From a virus (lineage: Duplodnaviria > Caudoviricetes): a stretch of DNA of 64,000 bases. The translations under genes were made by a program, and so were the position numbers. The notes beneath the pieces are model-generated. The model had not been told where the DNA came from and did not search any database. It was given only the letters and a program-made list of their open reading frames with translations. Location of the stretch: positions 16,149-80,148 of the IMG/VR virus record IMGVR_UViG_2636415849_000003; one strand, given 5' to 3'. Positions 20,382-27,832 of this stretch are shown here, piece by piece (positions within the stretch are counted from its first letter, which is position 1; every line of letters begins with the position of its first letter).

Positions 20382-20388
20382 CTTTGGC

Positions 20389-20850
20389 ATGGCGCTCCAC
20401 ACTGACACCGAGATCTACAAATCCACATACGACTTGAGCAAGCTGGTCACCCAACTGGTGGCCAATATGCCTAGGAACTTCAAGGCTGACTTTGGCGCCG
20501 AGTTGCGGCGCCGGTGCATGACGCTGGTCATGCGCACCTACGAAGCCAACACGAATGCGGACAAGGCCGCGATCCTGCAGCGCATGCGCATGGAGATTGA
20601 GACCGTCAATCTCTCGCTGCGCCTGGCTGTGGATCTGCGCCTGATTTCGGTCAATCAGTACAGCCGCGCCATCGCCATCACTGACAGCATCGGCAAGCAA
20701 GCCACCGGCTGGCAGAAGTACTCGGAACGCGCGCAAGCTGCCGGCTTGTCAAGGCAGACCGGCCACAGCGCCTTGGAATCTGGTCGAGCCGCTGGGCCAC
20801 AAGCCCACCGAAAGGCGCATCAGGAATATCAGCAGAAGCATCTGCAGTGA
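20389..20850 (+). CDS. avd: Accessory variability determinant (four-helix bundle)
   Basis: IYKSTYDL..MPRNFK..LRLAVDLRLIS..IGKQATGW; lies between targets and TR. Confidence 0.88.
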   Translation: MALHTDTEIYKSTYDLSKLVTQLVANMPRNFKADFGAELRRRCMTLVMRTYEANTNADKAAILQRMRMEIETVNLSLRLAVDLRLISVNQYSRAIAITDSIGKQATGWQKYSERAQAAGLSRQTGHSALESGRAAGPQAHRKAHQEYQQKHLQ

Positions 20851-20906
20851 TTCCGCGCAGTTTGCCTGCTGAATGCTCGGCAGGCCGACGTGATCAGCTC
20901 GGCACA

Positions 20907-20986
20907 CCTGGGCCGTCGATTTTGAGAACGGAAACACGAACAACAACAACCGGAACAACGAGTTCCGAGTTCGTCCCGTCCGCAGA
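20907..20986 (+). ncRNA. DGR template repeat (TR)
   Basis: Copy of the VRs with 8 AAC triplets in the VR reading frame; between avd and RT. Confidence 0.95.
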
Positions 20987-21003
20987 CTCCACCGAGACAC
21001 ACT

Positions 21004-22104
21004 ATGGATACTGGCTATTCGCTCGAGAAGCTGGTGCAGGCTTACTTTGACTGCCGCCGGCACAAACGCACTACGGCCAGCGCACTGCTTTTCGAGCAGG
21101 CTCTGGAGCACAACCTCATGCAACTGCATGGAGAGCTGCAGGATGGCAGCTACCGGCCCGGTCCATCCATCTGCTTTGCGATCAGCCGACCACGGCCGCG
21201 CGAAGTATGGGCCGCCCAATTTAGAGACCGAATCGTGCACCATCTGCTCTACAACCAGATTGCCGATCGGTTCCACCGCCGCTTTATCGCGGATTCGTGC
21301 GCAGGCATCCCGGGGCGCGGCACGCTGTATGCAGCCCAGCGCCTGGAGGCCAAGGTGCGCAGCCAAACCCAGAACTGGTCAGTGCCCGGGCATTACCTGA
21401 AGATCGATCTGGCCAATTTCTTTGTTTCCATCGACAAGCGGGTGGTCTGGCCCCTGTTGGTCCAGCAGATCCCGGAGCGCTGGTGGCGGGGCTTAGCCAA
21501 GGTCATTCTTTTCAACGACCCGCGCATTGACTTTGAGCAGCGCGGCAGCGTTGAGACGCTGGCAGCAGTACCCGCTCACAAGCGCCTTGCCAATGCGAAG
21601 CCCTACTGCGGGCTACCCATCGGCAACCTGAGCAGCCAGTTCTTTGCCAATGTACTGCTCAATGAGCTGGACCAGCATGCCAAGCACAGCATCAAGGCCA
21701 GGCACTACACCCGCTATGTCGATGACATGGTGCTGCTGCACGAGTCACCCCAGTGGCTCAATGGGGCTCTGGACAGCATCAATGCATTCCTTCCCAGCCT
21801 GGGTCTGCAGCTGAATCCACGCAAGACCGTGCTGCAGCCGATCAGCCGCGGCATCGATTACGTGGGCCAGACGATCCACCACTGGCGGCGAACAACACGC
21901 CCACGAACGCTACAGCAAGCGCTCGCACGCATCGAGGTCATGCCAGCCGATGAGGTCTACGCCAGCGGCAACAGCTACCTCGGTCTGGTGCGCCAGTCCA
22001 GCGCCAGCCACAACGAACAGGCGCTCATCTGCAGAGCGCTACTTAGACGCGGGCATGCCATTGAGGGATTGCACCTCAGTAAGGCATTTCGCAAAAACCA
22101 CTGA
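21004..22104 (+). CDS. DGR reverse transcriptase
   Basis: FRDRIVHH, LKIDLANFF, GLPIGNLSSQFFAN, RYVDD; 366 aa with no maturase/endonuclease extension. Confidence 0.96.
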   Translation: MDTGYSLEKLVQAYFDCRRHKRTTASALLFEQALEHNLMQLHGELQDGSYRPGPSICFAISRPRPREVWAAQFRDRIVHHLLYNQIADRFHRRFIADSCAGIPGRGTLYAAQRLEAKVRSQTQNWSVPGHYLKIDLANFFVSIDKRVVWPLLVQQIPERWWRGLAKVILFNDPRIDFEQRGSVETLAAVPAHKRLANAKPYCGLPIGNLSSQFFANVLLNELDQHAKHSIKARHYTRYVDDMVLLHESPQWLNGALDSINAFLPSLGLQLNPRKTVLQPISRGIDYVGQTIHHWRRTTRPRTLQQALARIEVMPADEVYASGNSYLGLVRQSSASHNEQALICRALLRRGHAIEGLHLSKAFRKNH

Positions 22105-22150
22105 CCCCAGCCCGCAGCCGCGGGCTTTTCTCATTCTGGGAGCCACCTAT

Positions 22151-23389
22151 ATGCAAGACAAGAACTTCATCAAGCTGACCGACCAAGACGCAGCCCTGCT
22201 CGAGCAAGGAGCATCCATGCTTGAAGGCCTGGAGAACGATGAGCGCAATCGCGGGAATTGCAGCACAGCCGAAGGCGCAGGATGCAGCGCCCATGCAGTC
22301 CGCCGCCTGGCCTCAGCCCTTCTGGCGCATGAGCGAGAAATTGACCAGTGCCTGCACCAGATTCAGGAGCCAGCCGCAGCAGAACAATCCGCATGGCATG
22401 CAGGCCTGGACGAAGGCCGGGCACAGGCAGCGCCTGCAGCCGTGGCTGTGCCTGATGGCTGGAAGCTGGTGCCGACTGAGCCTACGCCCCAGATGTGTCA
22501 CGTCGGACGCTACGGAGGGGACAAGGACGCCCCAGCGTATGGGGAAAAACCAGTTGAAGGAGAGACCGCTTGGCCATTTGTTGCAGATCACACTGCAAAG
22601 CAGATTTACTGCGCCATGCTCGCTGCTGCTCCAGCGCTTGCCGCCACCCCGGCATGTGACACGCCCAACTACTGCCGCAGCGTGCAGCGTTGCACCGCCA
22701 TGGATGGGCAGCGGGCAGCAGCCGCGCCAGTGGTGCTGCCAGAGCCTATGGCGTGGATGGCGACTCCTGTGATGCAGTCAGGTCGCGGTACAACGACGGT
22801 GTTTTGCTCCGACAAGCGGATGGCGGACCAGTGGGACTACGGCGGACACCCGGAGTACGGCCGCATGCTGGTGACACGGCTCTTCACAGAGCAGCAGCTG
22901 CGCGCCCTGCTGGCTACTGCACCACTGCAGCCAGTGGAAGTCCCCACGAAGGATCAAGCGACATGGTGCAGCTACATCGCCGGGATGATTGGGTGCTATC
23001 TCAATGAGCCAGACGACAGCCCCCGCGTCAAAGCCATTGCAGGAATCATTGAGCGCCGCCTGTGGGCACTGCCGTCCGCAGCTACTGCGACCGGACTTCC
23101 CGCGCACGCGGTTGCAGACGAGGTGCACTGTGTCTGCGGTGCGTCTTGGCTGCGCCACGGCGTCAACAACTACGAGATGACCGACACGCCACGGAAGGCG
23201 CAGGCTGACGCGCGGGATGCGCTGATACCCGCCAAGCCGGTTCACCCCAAAGGGATGACCAGCATCAATGCGCGGCTTTCGTTCAACATGGGCTGGATGG
23301 CATGCGAGCGCCATCACGGCATCCGCGCAGAAGACGTTGAGCAGGCCGTAGCCACCGACGCCGCTATCGCGGCAGCAAAGGGGGAGTGA
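22151..23389 (+). CDS. Mosaic multi-module early protein (Eaa/Ead-like)
   Basis: VPDGWKLVPTEPT..IYCAMLAAAP module; Ala-rich linkers. Confidence 0.7.
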   Translation: MQDKNFIKLTDQDAALLEQGASMLEGLENDERNRGNCSTAEGAGCSAHAVRRLASALLAHEREIDQCLHQIQEPAAAEQSAWHAGLDEGRAQAAPAAVAVPDGWKLVPTEPTPQMCHVGRYGGDKDAPAYGEKPVEGETAWPFVADHTAKQIYCAMLAAAPALAATPACDTPNYCRSVQRCTAMDGQRAAAAPVVLPEPMAWMATPVMQSGRGTTTVFCSDKRMADQWDYGGHPEYGRMLVTRLFTEQQLRALLATAPLQPVEVPTKDQATWCSYIAGMIGCYLNEPDDSPRVKAIAGIIERRLWALPSAATATGLPAHAVADEVHCVCGASWLRHGVNNYEMTDTPRKAQADARDALIPAKPVHPKGMTSINARLSFNMGWMACERHHGIRAEDVEQAVATDAAIAAAKGE

Positions 23390-23392
23390 GAC

Positions 23393-23656
23393 ATGGCACA
23401 AGCAAAAACTGAATTCCGTCTGCTTATGTCGCCTCTGTCGCGCACGATCTATGCGGGGCGCGTGAAAGACATTGGCGGAAGCACGGCCCTGTCCGTTGGT
23501 GTGCGACATGACGTGACCAATGATTTTCTGAGTTGCGTGATGCAGCTTGGCGAGGCAATGGGAGGGAAGTTCGCCATCAACAACGAAGAAGGCCAATGGG
23601 AAGTGACAGTCACCAAGCGCGCCGCCCAGGCAGCGCAAGGGGGTGAGCATGGCTGA
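23393..23656 (+). CDS. Hypothetical phage protein
   Basis: GGGGAG RBS; SPLSRTIYAGR..HDVTNDF. Confidence 0.7.
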   Translation: MAQAKTEFRLLMSPLSRTIYAGRVKDIGGSTALSVGVRHDVTNDFLSCVMQLGEAMGGKFAINNEEGQWEVTVTKRAAQAAQGGEHG

Positions 23657-23906
23657 GAAGGCGTATTTCTACCGCAGCTTTGATGGTATGTGCTGGCCCG
23701 CGCCTAGCGAGCGCTTGGGCGAGATTGAATGGCGCGCCAGATATGCGGCTCCGACTCAGCCCGACCTGCTGATGATGGCCTCTGTGCTTGCCGCCTACCA
23801 AGAGCTGATCGTAATGCCAGCCAAGAAACGGGACAGGATCATCAAAGAGCTGCGCAAAGGCCCTGGCATCGTTCTGGCGGCAGCCAAGGAAGGAACGCAG
23901 GGATGA
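23649..23906 (+). CDS. Hypothetical phage protein
   Basis: Overlaps the upstream stop. Confidence 0.6.
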   Translation: MAEKAYFYRSFDGMCWPAPSERLGEIEWRARYAAPTQPDLLMMASVLAAYQELIVMPAKKRDRIIKELRKGPGIVLAAAKEGTQG

Positions 23907-23980
23907 GCAAGCGAGCCCGCGACCGAGGCGACAAGCGCGACAGATGGCGCGAACCTATCAACCACCCAGAGCCCCGCTGA
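23903..23980 (+). CDS. 25-aa Arg-rich peptide
   Basis: ATGA coupling; counterpart at 61965-62042. Confidence 0.5.
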   Translation: MSKRARDRGDKRDRWREPINHPEPR

Positions 23981-24007
23981 TGCGGGGTTTTGCTTTTGGG
24001 AGACCTC

Positions 24008-24250
24008 ATGGCAATCAGCGCCAGCACTGTGGGCCTGCCAGAAGACAAGGCCTACATAGCCCACCACTTCAACTGCCCTACCTGCTGCGCTGCCGGGCTA
24101 TCCGGCGGGCAGCAGGAGCGGTGCACTGACGGACTGCTGCTTTGGGATGCCTACAACCAGGCCGCACGCCTTCTGCTCGAACCTTTGAAACCCAACCGCC
24201 GGCCCGCAAGGGCCATTTTTAATGGAGGTCGCCATGGATCAAACTGGTGA
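24008..24250 (+). CDS. Hypothetical Cys/His protein
   Basis: GGAG RBS; HHFNCPTCC..C. Confidence 0.65.
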   Translation: MAISASTVGLPEDKAYIAHHFNCPTCCAAGLSGGQQERCTDGLLLWDAYNQAARLLLEPLKPNRRPARAIFNGGRHGSNW

Positions 24251-24449
24251 ATTCCTGTTGCCACAAGAAATTAAGCGAATGGCGTCAGCTGGAAAGCTGG
24301 ACCAGCAAGAAGCGTTTTTGAAGAAAGAGGGAATCCCTCATAAACGCCTGGGTAGGCGTATTCTTGTCTCTCGCGCTCATGCCCGGGCGTGGCTGACTGG
24401 AGTGGTTTTCACGCCTTCGCGCGGGATTAACTTAGGAGCTGTCAGATGA
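24234..24449 (+). CDS. Putative excisionase (DUF4224-like)
   Basis: FLLPQEIKRM..QEAFLKKEGIPH; directly upstream of int. Confidence 0.75.
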   Translation: MDQTGEFLLPQEIKRMASAGKLDQQEAFLKKEGIPHKRLGRRILVSRAHARAWLTGVVFTPSRGINLGAVR

Positions 24450-25477
24450 CTGGAGCCTATCCACGACTGCGCACCAGGACGCGCCGCCGTAAAAGCGGCA
24501 AGGTCGTGGTGTATTACTTCTATGACGCATCAACAGAAGGAAACGGGGAGATTCCTCTTGGCACCGACTTCGATAAAGCAATCGCCCAATGGAAAGAGAT
24601 TACTGAGAACGGCACTCACAGCGCGCGCATAACTGGCACGCTCGAGGAGGCTTTCTCAGGCTGGGAATCGAAAGTCTTGCCAACATACAAGAGCGAAGAG
24701 ACGAAAAAGGGCTACGCCAAGAATCTCAGGATGATGCGCCCAGTCTTTGCCGAGGCCACTTGGGACCAGGTGAGCCTGCCTGTAATCAAGGGCTACCTGA
24801 CGAAGCGCACGGCGAAGACCCAGGGCAATCGGGAGATGGCCTTACTCTCGGTCATCTGGAACTGGGCGCGCGGCGAAGGCCTCACCTCCCTACCCTGGCC
24901 AGCGGCCGGGATGGAGCGCAGCAAGTGGAAGAACAAAGAAAAGGCGCGAAAGATCAAGGTTCGAGACGATGTGTTTGCGGCTATCTATGCCGAGGCGGCC
25001 CAGCACATCAAGGATTGCATGGACCTCGGATCCGCCACGGGCATGCGCCTGACTGACTGCATCACGGTCCTGATGCCGCGCGGGAACCTGCTGACACTGG
25101 AGGCCAGCAAGACCGGTAAGGAGGCCGAGTGGGACTTGAACCTGTCCGCAGTTCTGCCCGACCTGGTGCGCAGGCGCAAGGCTCTTGGAGCCGATCATCT
25201 GATGCTGCTTTCCACTGCAGACGGGCAGCCGGTGTCGCCCCAGGCGCTTCGCTATGGATGGGACAAAGCCCGGAGCACGGCCGCAGAGAAGGCCATCGAG
25301 CGCGGCGACGATGAGCTGGCCGAAGCGATCAAACAGCTCTACCTGCGGGACATGCGAAAGCGCGCTGCACAGAAAGCGGGCAGCCTGGAAGAGGCATCCA
25401 AGCTGCTGCAGCACAGCGACGAACGCCTGACCGAGCGCCATTACGGCGGCGTCCGGAGGCTGAAGCCAGTGGGCTAA
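24446..25477 (+). CDS. int: Tyrosine integrase
   Basis: TGMRLTD, RDMRKRAA, LLQHS..TERHY; adjacent to att. Confidence 0.92.
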   Translation: MTGAYPRLRTRTRRRKSGKVVVYYFYDASTEGNGEIPLGTDFDKAIAQWKEITENGTHSARITGTLEEAFSGWESKVLPTYKSEETKKGYAKNLRMMRPVFAEATWDQVSLPVIKGYLTKRTAKTQGNREMALLSVIWNWARGEGLTSLPWPAAGMERSKWKNKEKARKIKVRDDVFAAIYAEAAQHIKDCMDLGSATGMRLTDCITVLMPRGNLLTLEASKTGKEAEWDLNLSAVLPDLVRRRKALGADHLMLLSTADGQPVSPQALRYGWDKARSTAAEKAIERGDDELAEAIKQLYLRDMRKRAAQKAGSLEEASKLLQHSDERLTERHYGGVRRLKPVG

Positions 25478-25573
25478 AAGTGTTCCGGTTTTGCCTTCTC
25501 TACCTATAGAGAAGTGCGCCCAAAAAACCGGAACATATCGGCCCGCAGGCCGCATGAATCCTTAATTCTTCAC

Positions 25574-25630
25574 GGGACTCAAAATCCCCCGCCGCAAGGC
25601 GTGCCGGTTCGATTCCGGCCCCGGGCACCA
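25574..25630 (+). repeat. att core: 3' part of tRNA-Leu(CAA), not a full tRNA
   Basis: GGGACTCAAAATCCC anticodon arm, long variable arm, GGTTCGATTCC T arm and CCA end; no D arm or 5' acceptor strand upstream. Confidence 0.9.
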
Positions 25631-25636
25631 CATACT

Positions 25637-25674
25637 AAAAGCCGTTAAGTCTCAATGACTTAGCGGCTTTTTCT
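25637..25674 (+). terminator. Intrinsic terminator after the tRNA 3' end
   Basis: AAAAGCCGTTAAGTC-tcaat-GACTTAGCGGCTTTTT. Confidence 0.8.
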
Positions 25675-25805
25675 TTGCCCATTTATTTTTCAATTCCCCC
25701 CTGCGCGTTCGTGGTTGAGTTTTGCCGCGTTCGTGAAAAGAGCCGGGTGCAATGACCACTCTGCAAAAAATGGGCACCTAGCATTGGCTCGCGTCGATTG
25801 ATATA

Positions 25806-25821
25806 CTGTATTTATGTACAG
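25806..25821. promoter_or_regulatory. LexA (SOS) box
   Basis: CTGTATTTATGTACAG (CTG-N10-CAG) at the umuD start. Confidence 0.88.
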
Positions 25822-26254
25822 TCATCGACTCTTGAGCGGCATGCCCGTCCAACTCACTGCCTCCCCAGTTGCTTTGCCGCTGGCAGATTGCAGCGTGCGT
25901 GCAGGCTTTCCCTCACCAGCCGAGGACTTCTCAGGCAAGCGGCTAGATATTGCCGAGCTGCTGGTAGAGCATCCACAGGCCACATTCCTGCTGCGCGTGG
26001 CAGGGCCATCCATGCGCGAGTACGGCATTGATGATGGCGACATCATCGTGGTCGACCGGGCACTGCGCGCACGCCACGGCAGCATCGTCGTGGCCGTCCT
26101 TGACAATGACTTCACCGTGAAGGTCCTGCACAACGCTGGTGGCTGCTTCAAGCTCAGGGCCGGCAACCCCACCTATCCCGACATCGTCCCCAAAGAGAAC
26201 CAAGAGCTGGAAATCTGGGGCGTGGTCAAGTCCTGCATCAAACGCTTTGCATGA
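25814..26254 (+). CDS. umuD: DNA polymerase V subunit UmuD
   Basis: VRAGFPSPAED, GPSM, FTVK. Confidence 0.92.
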   Translation: MYSHRLLSGMPVQLTASPVALPLADCSVRAGFPSPAEDFSGKRLDIAELLVEHPQATFLLRVAGPSMREYGIDDGDIIVVDRALRARHGSIVVAVLDNDFTVKVLHNAGGCFKLRAGNPTYPDIVPKENQELEIWGVVKSCIKRFA

Positions 26255-26260
26255 GCATGT

Positions 26261-27559
26261 ATGTTCGCGCTCATCGACGGCAACAACTTCTATGTCAGCT
26301 GCGAGCGGGCTTTCAGGCCTGCCCTTGAGGGCATCCCTGTCGTCGTCCTGAGCAATAACGACGGCTGCGCCATCTCACGCTCCGACGAGGCCAAGGCCCT
26401 GGGCGTGAAGATGGGGCAGCCTTTTTTTCAGTTGCGCGACCTGGTCGAGCACAAGGGGCTTGTCTGCCTCTCACCAAACTTTGAGCTGTACGGCGACATG
26501 AGCGACCGCATGATGTCGCTGGCTGCCGGCCTGGGCCCCGTCCAGGAAATCTACAGCATCGATGAGTCATTCATTGGGGATCTGGACGGCGTGCGGGATC
26601 TCACGCGCCGCGCCTTTGCCATCCGCACACGCATCCTGAAATGGACAGGCATCCCTACATGCGTGGGCCTGGCTCCCACTAAGACCTTGGCCAAGCTCTG
26701 CAACCATGTCGCCAAGGACTCGGAGCGCAAGCCTGGCAGCTATCCTGCTGAGCTGCAGCGGGTCTGCAACTGGGCAGAGCTGTCCGAACAGCAACGCACC
26801 GACATTCTCGGCCGCACCGCCGCCGGCGAGGTCTGGGGCGTGGGCCGGCGCATCTCTGCCCAACTGGCTGAGCAAGGCGTGCTGACTGCGCTTGACCTGG
26901 CCAGGCTGCCCGCCCATGCCGCGCGCGATGGCTGGAGCGTGGTGCTGGAGCGCACCGTGCGCGAGCTGCAGGGCGTGAGCTGCATGACCTTGGAGCTTGC
27001 CCCAGCCGCCAAGAAGCAGATTGCATGCACCCGCAGCTTTGGACACCCCATCACCACCTTGCCGCCCCTTATCGAGGCCGTGAGCGAATTTGCAACCAGA
27101 GCCGCCGAGAAGCTGCGCGCCAGTGGGTTGCGCGCCGGCGCCCTGCATGTTTTCGTGCACACGTCGCCATTCAGGCCCGGTCGTAGGTTCTACGAAACGG
27201 CCGTAATTCAACTCCAGCCGCCCTCATCAGACACCAAGGCTCTAGTCAACGCGGCCGTGCGCGGCCTGCGATCGATCTACCAGCCTGGCTACCAACTATC
27301 CAAGGCCGGCGTCATGCTGCAAGACCTGTGCCCTGCAGAAGTACAGCAAGGCGATCTGCTTTTTCAGGAACCCAGCCGCGACCAAAGCAAGCTGATGGAA
27401 GCCATGGACCGCGTCAATGCGCGCTTTGGCAAGGGCACCGTGCATGTGGCGAGCACCGGAGTACCTGAGCAGGATGAAAGCGGCTGGCGCATGCGCCAAG
27501 AGCGCCGCACGCCGCGCTACACCACGAAACTGGATGACATTCCCATTGCCAGGGCCTAA
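26261..27559 (+). CDS. umuC: DNA polymerase V subunit UmuC (Y family)
   Basis: [23 protein letters not shown]-terminal [14 protein letters not shown]. Confidence 0.95.
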   Translation: MFALIDGNNFYVSCERAFRPALEGIPVVVLSNNDGCAISRSDEAKALGVKMGQPFFQLRDLVEHKGLVCLSPNFELYGDMSDRMMSLAAGLGPVQEIYSIDESFIGDLDGVRDLTRRAFAIRTRILKWTGIPTCVGLAPTKTLAKLCNHVAKDSERKPGSYPAELQRVCNWAELSEQQRTDILGRTAAGEVWGVGRRISAQLAEQGVLTALDLARLPAHAARDGWSVVLERTVRELQGVSCMTLELAPAAKKQIACTRSFGHPITTLPPLIEAVSEFATRAAEKLRASGLRAGALHVFVHTSPFRPGRRFYETAVIQLQPPSSDTKALVNAAVRGLRSIYQPGYQLSKAGVMLQDLCPAEVQQGDLLFQEPSRDQSKLMEAMDRVNARFGKGTVHVASTGVPEQDESGWRMRQERRTPRYTTKLDDIPIARA

Positions 27560-27567
27560 GAAAGATG

Positions 27568-27655
27568 ACTCCACATGCAGTGTTACAAAAAACAACAAAC
27601 ACTAAATGTAGTGCCAAGTGGCACATTTGTACCCCCTAAACACTAGATGTAGTGT
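27568..27655. promoter_or_regulatory. Three NrdR-box-like palindromes
   Basis: ACTCCACATGCAGTGT 27568, ACACTAAATGTAGTGC 27599, ACACTAGATGTAGTGT 27640; starts 31 and 41 bp apart. Confidence 0.65.
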
Positions 27656-27745
27656 CCATCCCATGAAAACACCGATCACAGAAGCGTCAGGAAGTCAAGA
27701 AGAAGTATTAAAAATAAGTTTACTGAGCTAAACTAGCCCCAACAC

Positions 27746-27812
27746 ACCCGCCACACGTCCTAGCTTCGGCTAGGGTCTGCCTTAAAAAGCAGCGTGCAAA
27801 AGGCGGGTTTTT
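27746..27812 (+). ncRNA. abiF-type leader RNA (candidate antitoxin)
   Basis: ACCCGCC/GGCGGGT closing stem, CACG/CGTG, CCTAGC-TTCG-GCTAGG and CTGC/GCAG hairpins, T tract; directly upstream of the Abi gene. Confidence 0.7.
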
Positions 27813-27832
27813 CATGCCCGAAAGTTATTAGT

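Larger units (their letters stand above)
1..25630. mobile_element. Prophage 1 (HK97-like head; tail and left end outside window)
   Basis: Contiguous head, packaging, replication, immunity and early genes, ending in an integrase followed by a tRNA 3' fragment. Confidence 0.95.

Noticed and set aside
19825-20986. Three 80-bp repeats as a CRISPR array
   Set aside because: Irregular spacing, two copies are in-frame coding sequence, and there are no cas genes.
20847-21050. 67-aa ORF over TR
   Set aside because: The TTTTGTT run is just the AAC-rich template read off-frame; no support for translation.
21004-22104. RT as group II intron, retron or Abi RT
   Set aside because: It has the SQ motif, an adjacent avd and a TR/VR set with A-specific mismatches; no intron domain V, maturase or retron VTG motif was seen.
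25560-25630. Functional tRNA-Leu gene
   Set aside because: The 5' acceptor strand and D arm are missing; it is an att duplication.
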